DNA of 32,000 nt, taken from contig JAQVDW010000001.1 of NCBI GenBank assembly GCA_028698185.1, positions 177,417 through 209,416 of the forward strand, written 5' to 3'. The notes beneath the pieces were generated by a model. It had not been told where the DNA came from and did not search any database. It saw only the letters and a program-made list of their open reading frames with translations. Of the stretch, positions 9,492 through 18,154 are shown piece by piece (the stretch's first letter is position 1; each line of letters starts with the position of its first letter). Origin of the DNA: Erysipelotrichaceae bacterium. GTDB lineage: Bacteria > Bacillota_I > Bacilli_A > Erysipelotrichales > Coprobacillaceae. The translations under genes and the position numbers were made by a program.

Positions 9492-9520
9492 ATTATAGCA
9501 CATCTTAATGCCGATTTGAA
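9492..9520 (-). promoter_or_regulatory. Candidate internal promoter for ireB-ruvX-DUF1292
   Basis: The minus strand reads TTCAAA, a 17-nt spacer, then TATAAT with an upstream TGc (extended -10), in the 66-nt alaS-ireB gap. Confidence 0.45.
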
Positions 9521-9529
9521 ACAAATTCG

Positions 9530-12145
9530 TTATTTCGAAATGATATTTTCAAGATTCGTTTCAATCAGTTTCAAGGCCGCCTCGTCCTGGCAACCGCCTT
9601 GGGCGAAATCCGGTTTCCCGCCGCCCCGGCCGTTGGTAAGGGCATTGATCGCTTTGACAATCGCTCCGGCTTGATAACCTGCTGCCACCAGGTCTTTGGT
9701 GACTCCGACATAGTAAGCCGCTTTGGCACCATCAAAGTTGCTCAAAATGACAACTCCCGATTGCAGTTTGTCACGCAAATCCAAAGCCAATGCCTTAGGC
9801 TGGTTGCCTTCAAGGGCCTGGTTAGTCAGCAACACATTGACTCCATTGACATTCAGAGTGTCGCCCACCAATGATTTGGCTTTAAGGGCGTTGAGTTTGT
9901 CCTGGCTTTCTTCGAGTTCCTTAGCTGTCGCGCTCAATTTATCCAAGGTCGCTTCAACTCTGGATACGACATCGTCACGGTTTTTGAGTTTCAACAATTC
10001 GGCGATGGCATCGACAGTGAGTTTTTCCTGTTTGAAAGCCTTGTAACCTTCCGCTCCGGTCACTGCTTCGATCCGGCGGATTCCCGAACCAACCGACTCT
10101 TCGCTGGCAAGTTTGAACATTCCGATATTCAATGAGTTTTCAACATGGGTTCCCCCACATAATTCTTTCGAGAAATCACCGATGGCAACAACCCGGACCT
10201 CATCACCATATTTGTCATCAAACATGGCCATGGCCCCTGATGCCACCGCTTCTTCCTTGTTCATCAATTTGGTAACGACATGCGCTCCCGACATGATGAT
10301 TTGATTGACTTTGTCTTCGATCTGATTCAAAGTGGCACTGTCGATTTTGCTGAAGTGGGTGAAGTCGAACCGCAAACGGTAAGCATCGACAAATGATCCG
10401 GCCTGACCGACATGGTCACCCAGGACATCTTTCAATACCTGGTGCAGGATATGGGTTGCCGAATGGTTGGCAGCGATGCTTTGACGGCTCTTTCCGTCAA
10501 CCTGGGTTTCAACCACGTCTCCCAAAGACAATTCACCTTTGACTACTTTGACGATATGAAGATGTTGTCCATTTGGAGCCTTGATTACATCAGTGACTTC
10601 CAGTTCGACATTGGCGTTGACCATTGTTCCGATGTCGCCACATTGACCACCCATCAGGGCGTAGAAAGGCGTTTTCGCCAGGACAACCTCACCTTTGGTT
10701 GTGATCTTGTCCGCCTTGATTCCATCAACAAACAGTCCGACAACTTCGCTTTGACCACACAGGTTGTTGTAATCGAATTCAGACACAGCTGTGAAGGCCA
10801 TCAGATCAGCCTGTTGCGCTTTCATCGAATCCATATCCTCACGGGCATTGCGTGAACGTTCCTTCTGGATCTTCAGTTGTTCCTGGAATCCGGATTCATC
10901 GACTTCAAGATTGTTTTCCTGGGCGATTTCCAGTGTCAATTCGAACGGGAAACCGTAAGTGTCATACAGTCTGAAGGCATCCTCGCCGGAAATAATTCCG
11001 CTCGTATTGGCCCCGATGATCTCGGCAATCAGTTTTTCCCCGTGGACCAGGGTCTTGTGGAAGGCCATTTCTTCCTTTTCCACCAACATCGCCACGAAAT
11101 CGACCTTGTTTTCCAGGTAATCGTAGTAATCCTTCATGATGTCGGCCACGATGGCAACCAACTGGTACATGAACGCCTTTTCGATTCCGATCTGTTTTCC
11201 ATAACGGACCGCCCGGCGCAGGATCCGTCTCAAGACATAACCGCGTCCGGCATTGTCGAACATCGCTCCATCGCTAAGCGCGAATGTCACGGTCCGGATA
11301 TGGTCGGCAATCACGCGGTAAGCCATCTTGTTTTCCTGGTACGACACCTTGGCTTTGGCTGCGGTCGCTTCGATTATCGGCAGGAAAAAGTCGGTGTCGA
11401 AGTTCGTTTCACCGCCCTGGATGATGCTGACCAGACGTTCAAGTCCCATCCCGGTATCAATGTTCTTTTGAGGCAATTCCTTGTATTCGTCGCGGGAAAC
11501 ACCTTCCTTGGCGTTGTATTGCGAGAACACCAGGTTCCAGATTTCGATGTAACGGTCGTTTTCCAGCTCCTCATAGAAAAGCTTGACTCCCAGACCCTCA
11601 GGGTCGTACTTGTCACCGCGGTCGTAGAAAATCTCGCTGTCGGGACCGCATGGCCCCTCCCCGATTTCCCAGAAATTCCCAGCAGTTTTCAACATATGGG
11701 TCGGGTCGATTCCTTTGACATTGACCCAGTAGTTGTATGCTTCCTCGTCTTTGTCGTGGACAGTGATGTAAAGCTTGTCCTGTTCGAATCCCAGCCATTT
11801 CGCATCAGTCAAAAATTCCCAGGCGAAATCGATCGCCTCTTTCTTGAAGTAATCACCGATTGAGAAGTTCCCCAACATTTCAAAGAATGTGTGGTGGCGG
11901 GCTGTCTTCCCGACATTCTCGATATCATTGGTCCGGATTGATTTCTGGGCATTGCAGATGCGCGGATTTTCGGGTTTTACCGATCCGTCGAAATACTTCT
12001 TTAGTGCCGCAACTCCGGCGTTGATCCACAACAGAGTGGGATCGTTGTCGGGAATCAATGAATGCGACGGCTCAACCTTGTGGCCGTGGCTTTCAAAATA
12101 TTCCAAAAACATTGCGCGTACTTGATTTCCTGTTAACTGTTTCAT
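9530..12145 (-). CDS. alaS: Alanine--tRNA ligase, 871 aa
   Basis: Full-length AlaS. The N-terminus reads FLEYFESHGH..PTLLWINAGV..FEMLGNFSIGDYFK. The editing-domain motifs HSATHIL and CGGTHV are present, as is the C-terminal DHHA1-like region. Confidence 0.95.
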   Translation of the reverse strand: MKQLTGNQVRAMFLEYFESHGHKVEPSHSLIPDNDPTLLWINAGVAALKKYFDGSVKPENPRICNAQKSIRTNDIENVGKTARHHTFFEMLGNFSIGDYFKKEAIDFAWEFLTDAKWLGFEQDKLYITVHDKDEEAYNYWVNVKGIDPTHMLKTAGNFWEIGEGPCGPDSEIFYDRGDKYDPEGLGVKLFYEELENDRYIEIWNLVFSQYNAKEGVSRDEYKELPQKNIDTGMGLERLVSIIQGGETNFDTDFFLPIIEATAAKAKVSYQENKMAYRVIADHIRTVTFALSDGAMFDNAGRGYVLRRILRRAVRYGKQIGIEKAFMYQLVAIVADIMKDYYDYLENKVDFVAMLVEKEEMAFHKTLVHGEKLIAEIIGANTSGIISGEDAFRLYDTYGFPFELTLEIAQENNLEVDESGFQEQLKIQKERSRNAREDMDSMKAQQADLMAFTAVSEFDYNNLCGQSEVVGLFVDGIKADKITTKGEVVLAKTPFYALMGGQCGDIGTMVNANVELEVTDVIKAPNGQHLHIVKVVKGELSLGDVVETQVDGKSRQSIAANHSATHILHQVLKDVLGDHVGQAGSFVDAYRLRFDFTHFSKIDSATLNQIEDKVNQIIMSGAHVVTKLMNKEEAVASGAMAMFDDKYGDEVRVVAIGDFSKELCGGTHVENSLNIGMFKLASEESVGSGIRRIEAVTGAEGYKAFKQEKLTVDAIAELLKLKNRDDVVSRVEATLDKLSATAKELEESQDKLNALKAKSLVGDTLNVNGVNVLLTNQALEGNQPKALALDLRDKLQSGVVILSNFDGAKAAYYVGVTKDLVAAGYQAGAIVKAINALTNGRGGGKPDFAQGGCQDEAALKLIETNLENIISK

Positions 12146-12156
12146 TCTCTTCCTCC

Positions 12157-12375
12157 AAAAAAATATAAAAAGCCGCTCCTATTCTAGGAACGACTTGGTC
12201 GCGGTACCATCCTAGTTCACCAATTGGTGCCCTTAATTAGCCGTTAACGGGGCTTGGCCGGTAAGGATTAGTTACTCTTGAAAGTAGCATCGAACTAGTC
12301 CCCCTGGATATTTGCACCACCCATATCCTCTCTACAAAGGCAACTCAGCCGAATTCTTTCGCAACGATTTATTCT
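12157..12375 (-). promoter_or_regulatory. T-box riboswitch leader of alaS (Ala specifier GCU)
   Basis: The minus-strand leader has four parts.
- An AGAGAG bulge and a GGGUGGUGCAAA distal-loop-like motif.
- A candidate specifier GAU-GCU-A (plus-strand agc at 12286-12288).
- The T-box sequence AGGAUGGUACCGCG (12200-12213), whose UGGU fits an A73 discriminator.
- A terminator hairpin GUCGUUCCUA/UAGGAGCGGC plus a U-rich tail (12157-12194). Confidence 0.8.
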
Positions 12376-12403
12376 ATTATATCCGATTCCCTTGAAAATA
12401 CAA
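12376..12403 (-). promoter_or_regulatory. Candidate promoter of the alaS T-box leader
   Basis: The minus strand reads TTGTAT, a 16-nt spacer, then TATAAT, immediately after the recD2 stop. Confidence 0.4.
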
Positions 12404-12407
12404 GAAA

Positions 12408-14597
12408 TTAATTCTTAAAATCGCCGATGCTCAGGGCCTGCTTGTAAAAATGGCCAAGACTGGTCTTGCGGTTGCTCTCATGGAGGCGGCTCAACCCCTT
12501 CAAGAAGGCGTCATATTCGCCAAGGATGAAAAGCGACTGCTTGGCCCGGGACAGGCCGGTGTAAAGCAGATTGCGGCGGAGCATGATCGAATAGTCGTAA
12601 AGGACAGGCATGATGACGATCTTGAACTCGCTGCCTTGGGACTTGTGGATCGACATGCAATAGGCATGGGTCAGCTCGACAAAAGTGGCGCCGTCATATT
12701 CGACCATGTTGCCCTCGAAATCGACGATGATCGTGTCTTTGAGATAGTTGAAGTTGTCCTTCTTGTTGATCCTGGCGATGAATCCGATGTCGCCGTTGAA
12801 GACCTCGTCTTCGGGCCGGTTCTTGAGTTGGAGCACCTTGTCCCCTTCCCGAAACAGCCGGGCGTTGACCTTGAGTTCAATCTTGGTTTCATCCCTGGGG
12901 TTGAAAAGTTCCCGGACCGACAGGTTGATGGCGTCGATTCCGGCGATTCCCTGATACATCGGTGCGAGAATCTGGATGTCGTTTTCGCCATAGGACGAGC
13001 TGATCGCCTTGGTCACGATTGTGACGATGTTCTTGACCACCGCATTTCTGGGACATTCGAAAAAGTTGATGTCCTTGAACTGGCTGAACCGTTCCCTTTC
13101 GATGGGCCGGTCGTTGATTATCTCATGGGCGAGGTCGATTATACCCGACCCGCTGGCCTGGCGGAACACCTCGTTCAAACAGACACTTGGCAATCCGGCC
13201 TGGATCAGGTCGTTGAGCAGATTGCCGGGCATTACCGAAGGGAGCTGATGATGGTCGCCGATGATCAGGACCTTGAATACTTCGGGGCAGGCTCTGGCCA
13301 CCGCGGCAAACAAAAGAGTGTCGACCATCGAGAACTCGTCGATGATAAGCACCTCGACATCGAGGGGATTGGCCTGGTTGTGGGCGAACTTGTTCGTGTG
13401 GAGATCCCATTTCAAAAGCGAATGGATCGTCACCGCCTTGATACCAGTGAGTTCGCTTAGCCGCTTGGCCGCCCTTCCTGTTGGCGCAAGCAGGGCAATC
13501 TTGTCGAGCGGGAAAAGTTGCTTGTAGATGCTAAGAAGGCCCCGGACAACCGTCGTCTTCCCGGTCCCTGGCCCTCCGGTAAGAATCGAAAAGGAATTAT
13601 GCAAGAAGCAATCGATGGCTTCGAGCTGGGCCGGGGCGTAGTTGATGTAGTTCTTTTCCTGATACTCGTCAATGGCCTTGACCACCTGGGTGTCGTCAAT
13701 GTCCTCGACCGGCAAGCCGGCGAGGTTCTTGACGTACTTGGCGACAATGTTTTCTCCCTGGTAGAGGTCGAAATCGTAGTAGCGCCCGTCAATCAAAATG
13801 ATGCGCTTGTTGGAAAGGAGTTCCTCGAGGTATTCGTCGAAATTAAATTCGTCAAACCCGGCAATCCGGTTGACCACGAGCCCTTTTAAGGTCGCATAGT
13901 CGCAATAGACACTGCCGCTGCGGTAGCAGTATTGCTTGAGAGAGTCGGTCAATGCCGCTTCAAGACGCGCCTGGTCATCGAGAGCGAAGCCGATATTCAA
14001 GGCAAGCTCGTCGCAGGTCTTGAATCCGATTCCGTCGATGTCGTACATCAGCGCATAGGGCCGCGTCCTGATGGTTTCCAAAGTGCGCTCCTTGTAGAAC
14101 GACTTTATGGGCAGAAAGTGCTTGAGATTGAGATGGTGCTCGTAGAAAAACTGCATTATCTCATTGTCGCTGTCGCTTGCGCCCAAGCCGGTGAGTATCG
14201 TCTCTTTCTTGGCTTTGGTCATCCCCTTGACCCCGTCGAGCAGATCGGGATCGGCCACGATGTCAAGAAGGCAATTCTCGCCTAGAGTCGCCACTATCTC
14301 CTCGGCCTGTTTCTTGCCGATTCCCTTGAAAAGAGGTGACGCCAGATAGGCGATCACCCCTTGTTCGCTGTTGGATAAAAGAATCTGGTACGATTCGAGC
14401 TTGAACTGGAACCCATAGCGGGGATGATCGACAAAATCACCCCTGATCTGGTAGTAATCGTAAAGATTGGGCTCAAGCATGATGCCCGAGAAAGTCACCA
14501 GGTCAAGCTCATCCTTGGCCTCGAAATCAGCGACAACGAAATTGGAATCCTCATTATAGAAGCGAATCTTCCGGATATATCCCGTATATTCTTCCAT
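12408..14597 (-). CDS. recD2: ATP-dependent RecD-like DNA helicase (RecD2/YrrC), 729 aa
   Basis: N-terminal OB/HhH region and a Walker A motif (GGPGTGKTT). SF1 helicase motifs are present (LLAPTGRAAKRL, IIDEFSMV, IGDHHQLPSV, HKSQGSEF, YTGLSRAK). Same position upstream of alaS as in B. subtilis. Confidence 0.9.
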   Translation of the reverse strand: MEEYTGYIRKIRFYNEDSNFVVADFEAKDELDLVTFSGIMLEPNLYDYYQIRGDFVDHPRYGFQFKLESYQILLSNSEQGVIAYLASPLFKGIGKKQAEEIVATLGENCLLDIVADPDLLDGVKGMTKAKKETILTGLGASDSDNEIMQFFYEHHLNLKHFLPIKSFYKERTLETIRTRPYALMYDIDGIGFKTCDELALNIGFALDDQARLEAALTDSLKQYCYRSGSVYCDYATLKGLVVNRIAGFDEFNFDEYLEELLSNKRIILIDGRYYDFDLYQGENIVAKYVKNLAGLPVEDIDDTQVVKAIDEYQEKNYINYAPAQLEAIDCFLHNSFSILTGGPGTGKTTVVRGLLSIYKQLFPLDKIALLAPTGRAAKRLSELTGIKAVTIHSLLKWDLHTNKFAHNQANPLDVEVLIIDEFSMVDTLLFAAVARACPEVFKVLIIGDHHQLPSVMPGNLLNDLIQAGLPSVCLNEVFRQASGSGIIDLAHEIINDRPIERERFSQFKDINFFECPRNAVVKNIVTIVTKAISSSYGENDIQILAPMYQGIAGIDAINLSVRELFNPRDETKIELKVNARLFREGDKVLQLKNRPEDEVFNGDIGFIARINKKDNFNYLKDTIIVDFEGNMVEYDGATFVELTHAYCMSIHKSQGSEFKIVIMPVLYDYSIMLRRNLLYTGLSRAKQSLFILGEYDAFLKGLSRLHESNRKTSLGHFYKQALSIGDFKN

Positions 14598-14608
14598 TAT
14601 GGCTCCTT

Positions 14609-15727
14609 TTAATATTCGCTTTGATATTCTGAAAGATCAAGATCGAGTTCCCCGAAGTACTTGTTGAAATCGACTCCGACAAATGCCGCCAGCTGCGCCA
14701 TTTCCGCAACAGTCTTCTCATCGACATCGATTCCTTCTTCAGTCCGTTTCGCGTAAGCGGCAACTTCCTTTTGGCCATGGGTGTAGACCTGGTTGCCTGG
14801 AGTCGCCGGCGTCTCACGTAGTTCTTTCAGGAAAGTTGAAAGATGGTCTTCGATTGCCTGCGCATCGCCAAAGATGTTCGGGTCGATGGCGATAAAGCCA
14901 TGGCATGTTCCCCCGACATCACCGATATGGGTATGGTTCGAAGTCAGTCCCAATGAAAGGATCGAAGTGAAGAACTCGGCGATCATCCCGTAGCCGTAAC
15001 CTTTGTGGGAACCGGTCTGTTCGATGGCCCCGCCAGTAGGCATGATTCCCCCGCCTTTTTTGTTTGCGATATTGTCAAGGACATATGGCGCATCGGTCGA
15101 TGGATTTCCATCCTTATCCAAAGCCCAGCCCTCAGGCAGCTGCTTTTCCGCCTTGCGGTACATTTCGAGTTTTCCGCGGGTCACGACAGTTGTCGAAGCG
15201 TCGAAGAAAAACGGATAAGGTTTGGCCGGAGCAGCGATAGCGATCGGATTCGATCCAAGCATCGCCATCGTTCCAAATGTCGGAACCATTATTGCTTCCG
15301 AGTTGGTGAAGCTCATCCCGATCAGGCCTTGGTCGCTGGCCATTTTCGCGTAATAACCGGCAATCCCATAATGGTTCGAATTGCGCACGGTGACGATTGC
15401 CATCCCGCTTGTTTTCGCTTTGGCGATCGCTATATCCATCGCATCTTTGGAAATGATCTGTCCCATTCCCGCGTGACCGTCAATCACCGCCGAAACCGGA
15501 GTTTCAAAAACGACTTCGGCTTGGGCATCGACCTTGATCATGCCTTTTTCGATTCCCTTATGATAGCGGGAAAGCCGTTGCATCCCGTGTGATTCGATTC
15601 CATATAGATCCGACAGCAGCAATACATCAGTGATGATGTTGGCCTGTTCGCTGGTGAACCCGAATTTTTCAAAGGCCTCCAGGCAGAAATTTTGCAATAC
15701 TTGATGTGGTAATTTGATATGCGCCAT
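14609..15727 (-). CDS. Ldh_2 family (malate/L-lactate/sulfolactate-type) NAD(P)H-dependent oxidoreductase, 372 aa
   Basis: Family motifs are ESHGMQRLSRY, NSNHYGIAGYY, LGSNPIAIAAP and GSHKGYGYGM. The substrate cannot be assigned from sequence. Confidence 0.85.
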   Translation of the reverse strand: MAHIKLPHQVLQNFCLEAFEKFGFTSEQANIITDVLLLSDLYGIESHGMQRLSRYHKGIEKGMIKVDAQAEVVFETPVSAVIDGHAGMGQIISKDAMDIAIAKAKTSGMAIVTVRNSNHYGIAGYYAKMASDQGLIGMSFTNSEAIMVPTFGTMAMLGSNPIAIAAPAKPYPFFFDASTTVVTRGKLEMYRKAEKQLPEGWALDKDGNPSTDAPYVLDNIANKKGGGIMPTGGAIEQTGSHKGYGYGMIAEFFTSILSLGLTSNHTHIGDVGGTCHGFIAIDPNIFGDAQAIEDHLSTFLKELRETPATPGNQVYTHGQKEVAAYAKRTEEGIDVDEKTVAEMAQLAAFVGVDFNKYFGELDLDLSEYQSEY

Positions 15728-15773
15728 ATTGTTCTCCTTGATTTTGAATTTTTCTTATCTTATCACAAACACC

Positions 15774-15802
15774 TCAAAAAAAGAAGAGGCTAATTGCCTC
15801 TT
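15774..15802 (-). terminator. Rho-independent terminator after the ROK kinase gene
   Basis: The minus-strand stem AAGAGGC/GCCTCTT is followed by CUUUUUUUG. It overlaps the TAG stop. Confidence 0.5.
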
Positions 15803-16713
15803 AGATGGGATTTTGCCAACATCGCCGCCCCCAGGGCGCCTGGCATTTCCAGTTGTGCTTTAAAAACCGGAGTCCCATCGACCATCCCGGGATACAGCCG
15901 GTTGTTGAAGCGGACAGTAAGATCCGCCAAAAAGTAGTCCGCCGAATTCATGACCCCGCCCCCAAGGACGAAGCAGTGGGGATCGATGGTGTGGGCGATG
16001 TTGGCAAGCATGATGGCATAGCTGTCGATCGCCCGGTTGGCGATTATGGCCGCCTGGCGGTTGCCCTGATGGGCGAGTTCGAACAGTTCTCCGGCATGTT
16101 CGAGATCCTTCTTGACCATTGACCGGCCGATTTTCACCAGGGCGGTGCCGCTAGCCATCGTCTCGATCGCTCCGGCATTCATCACCCCGTTCTTGATCCC
16201 GTTGGAATCGACGATCATGTTGCCGATTTCCCCGGCATGGTGGTTGTTGCCCGAGACGACCCTGCCTTCAAATATGTAGGCACCTCCGATCCCGGTCGAG
16301 ATGGTGATGTAATAAACCGACGGATAGCCTTTACCGGCACCTAGAAGCGCCTCGGCCAGACCCGCGACATTGGCATCATTGTCAATGAAGCATTCCTTGC
16401 CAAACTCCTTGGAGAGTACATCGCAGATCCGGTAGTTCTGGTAGCCCGTCAGGTTGTTTGCGAATTTGATGACCTTCGCTTTTGGGTCGACCAGTCCGGG
16501 AACCCCGATGCCGATCCCCGCCACAGCTTCCAAGCCTCCGATGGCGCCACAATCAAGACCCCTGATCTGGTTTTTGATGACGTCCGTCACCGCCGCCATG
16601 CCCTCGCTGGCATGTGAAGGTCCTGCAACCTCGCTTAAGATGGTCCCGATTTCATCAACCAGGATGGTTCGCACATTCGTGCCACCCAAATCAATTCCAA
16701 TATAATATTCCAT
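15790..16713 (-). CDS. ROK family sugar kinase (glucokinase-like), 307 aa, lacking the usual zinc ligands
   Basis: GIDLGGTN, DNDANVAGLAE and TISTGIGGA..AGEIGN fit the ROK/ASKHA fold. The expected GH...CxCGxxGCxE zinc motif instead reads GN...NGVMNAGAIE. Confidence 0.8.
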   Translation of the reverse strand: MEYYIGIDLGGTNVRTILVDEIGTILSEVAGPSHASEGMAAVTDVIKNQIRGLDCGAIGGLEAVAGIGIGVPGLVDPKAKVIKFANNLTGYQNYRICDVLSKEFGKECFIDNDANVAGLAEALLGAGKGYPSVYYITISTGIGGAYIFEGRVVSGNNHHAGEIGNMIVDSNGIKNGVMNAGAIETMASGTALVKIGRSMVKKDLEHAGELFELAHQGNRQAAIIANRAIDSYAIMLANIAHTIDPHCFVLGGGVMNSADYFLADLTVRFNNRLYPGMVDGTPVFKAQLEMPGALGAAMLAKSHLRGN

Positions 16714-17043
16714 TGTCTGTCCTCCTTGTCAAATTATAACAGAGAAACAACTGCCGTATGTGATATTTGAGCAAATATGCAAGTCGGATTTCCATTTTGA
16801 GCGACCGGCTTTCACCCAACATCGCATGGAAAGCCTTGTTTGGCGCCTGTTTTCCCCTGGTAACCAAAAAATTGATGTCGACACTTTGACATTGCAGTTG
16901 CAATCAAAGCTATGACAATATGCGATCAACCTGGGCTGAATCCGACTCTTACCGATGGGCCAAAACCGCTAATGGATGGCCAAATGAAAGTTTGAAACCA
17001 TCACGGAATATGGTGTGTACATGTCCAATTCAATCCAGAACGG

Positions 17044-17068
17044 AACAAAAACAGTGCCCAGAGGCACT
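17044..17068 (-). terminator. Rho-independent terminator after the pseudouridine synthase gene
   Basis: The minus-strand stem AGUGCC/GGCACU (loop UCUG) is followed by GUUUUUGUU. Confidence 0.6.
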
Positions 17069-17073
17069 ATCTT

Positions 17074-18063
17074 TTAAAGCCTGATTTTGACGTTGCCAAA
17101 TATCTTGTTTTTGATGGCCAGAAATTCCTGCGGGATCGGGGCCGTGATTTCCTTGTCGAGCAGGTAATCGAGCTCGCCCCAGGTCTTGACGAACTTGACC
17201 TTGTAGGCATGAAGCAGCTGGTTGTTAAGGCCAAACTTCGCCTTGGTCAGCTTGTTCGCATTGAAATTGCCGTACTTGCGGTCCCCGATGATCGGATTGT
17301 TGATCGAGGCCAGGTGGATGCGGATCTGGTGCATCCGTCCGGTCACCAGCTTGACCCGGACAAGCGAATATTCGTCGTTGAATAAGACCGGATAGACCAG
17401 CGTCTTCATCATCAATGCATTGGGATCTTCCTTCTTGACAAAGATGACCCGGGCTTCGTTGTCGACTTTCTTGACATAGCCAACGAGCTCCTGGGCCCGG
17501 TCGAGTCTGCCGTTGGTGATCGTCACATATTCCTTTTCGATGCAGTGGCGCTGTTTGATCATCTCATTGAGGATCTGGAGCGACTTCATCGTCTTGCCGA
17601 AGATGACGATTCCCGATGTGTTGCGGTCGAGCCGGTGCACCGGTCCGGGCATGAAGCTCGATTCCCGGGAAAGGTCGAGCTCCCCCTTTTCGCTCAGGTA
17701 ATAGAGGACCTGGTTGGTCAGGGTGTTGGTTGTCTCATTGACATCTTCATGGACGAGCAAGCCTGCGGGCTTGTTGACGACTAGGACGTGGTTGTCCTCA
17801 TAGAGCACATCGAACTGCTTTTTGACCTTGACGACTTCGCCGATGGCGCTGAATTCGTTGAACTTGTCCTCGTAAAGGAACAGGGCGACCACATCCCCTT
17901 CATTAAGAATATAGTTTTCCTGGACCCTCTGGCCGTTGACCTTTACATCTTTCTTTCTGAACATCTTGTAGATGAAACTTGCCGGGGCGTTGGCCAGCAC
18001 TTTTTTTAGATATTTGTCGATGCGCTGGTTGGCATCGTTGCTTTTGATTATCAATTCTTTCAT
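17074..18063 (-). CDS. RluA-family (RluD-like) 23S rRNA pseudouridine synthase with N-terminal S4 domain, 329 aa
   Basis: An S4-like N-terminus (QRIDKYLKK..FRKKDVKVNG) is followed by the catalytic HRLDRNTSG motif and a C-terminal HQIRIH. Confidence 0.85.
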   Translation of the reverse strand: MKELIIKSNDANQRIDKYLKKVLANAPASFIYKMFRKKDVKVNGQRVQENYILNEGDVVALFLYEDKFNEFSAIGEVVKVKKQFDVLYEDNHVLVVNKPAGLLVHEDVNETTNTLTNQVLYYLSEKGELDLSRESSFMPGPVHRLDRNTSGIVIFGKTMKSLQILNEMIKQRHCIEKEYVTITNGRLDRAQELVGYVKKVDNEARVIFVKKEDPNALMMKTLVYPVLFNDEYSLVRVKLVTGRMHQIRIHLASINNPIIGDRKYGNFNANKLTKAKFGLNNQLLHAYKVKFVKTWGELDYLLDKEITAPIPQEFLAIKNKIFGNVKIRL

Positions 18064-18154
18064 ATCATTACCTCGGTGCCATTATAACAAATTCTCATAA
18101 CTACTACAAATCAGAATTGAAAAGATGTATAATATTCAAAAAAGGAGATTCAAG

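Noticed and set aside
4931-13460. Very long plus-strand ORFs antisense to real genes: 4931-5905 (324 aa), 8151-9029 (292 aa), 10877-11863 (328 aa) and 12450-13460 (336 aa).
   Set aside because: For the three I checked by coordinate arithmetic (4931, 10877, 12450), the ORF lies in exact codon register opposite the minus-strand gene. Stops in that frame arise only from sense TTA, CTA or TCA codons. The translations are low-complexity and lack an RBS and family motifs. They are shadow ORFs caused by codon bias.
16792-16949. A 9-bp inverted repeat AGTCGGATT / AATCCGACT about 150 nt apart, considered as the base of a long structured RNA (6S-like).
   Set aside because: The flanking sequences are not complementary, and a single 9-bp match in a 360-nt region is plausible by chance.
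16912-16995. A 27-codon plus-strand ORF (MTICDQPGLNPTLTDGPKPLMDGQMKV) in the long ROK-upstream gap.
   Set aside because: There is no Shine-Dalgarno sequence, the ATG lies inside the only plausible promoter -10 element, and the sequence has no recognisable character.
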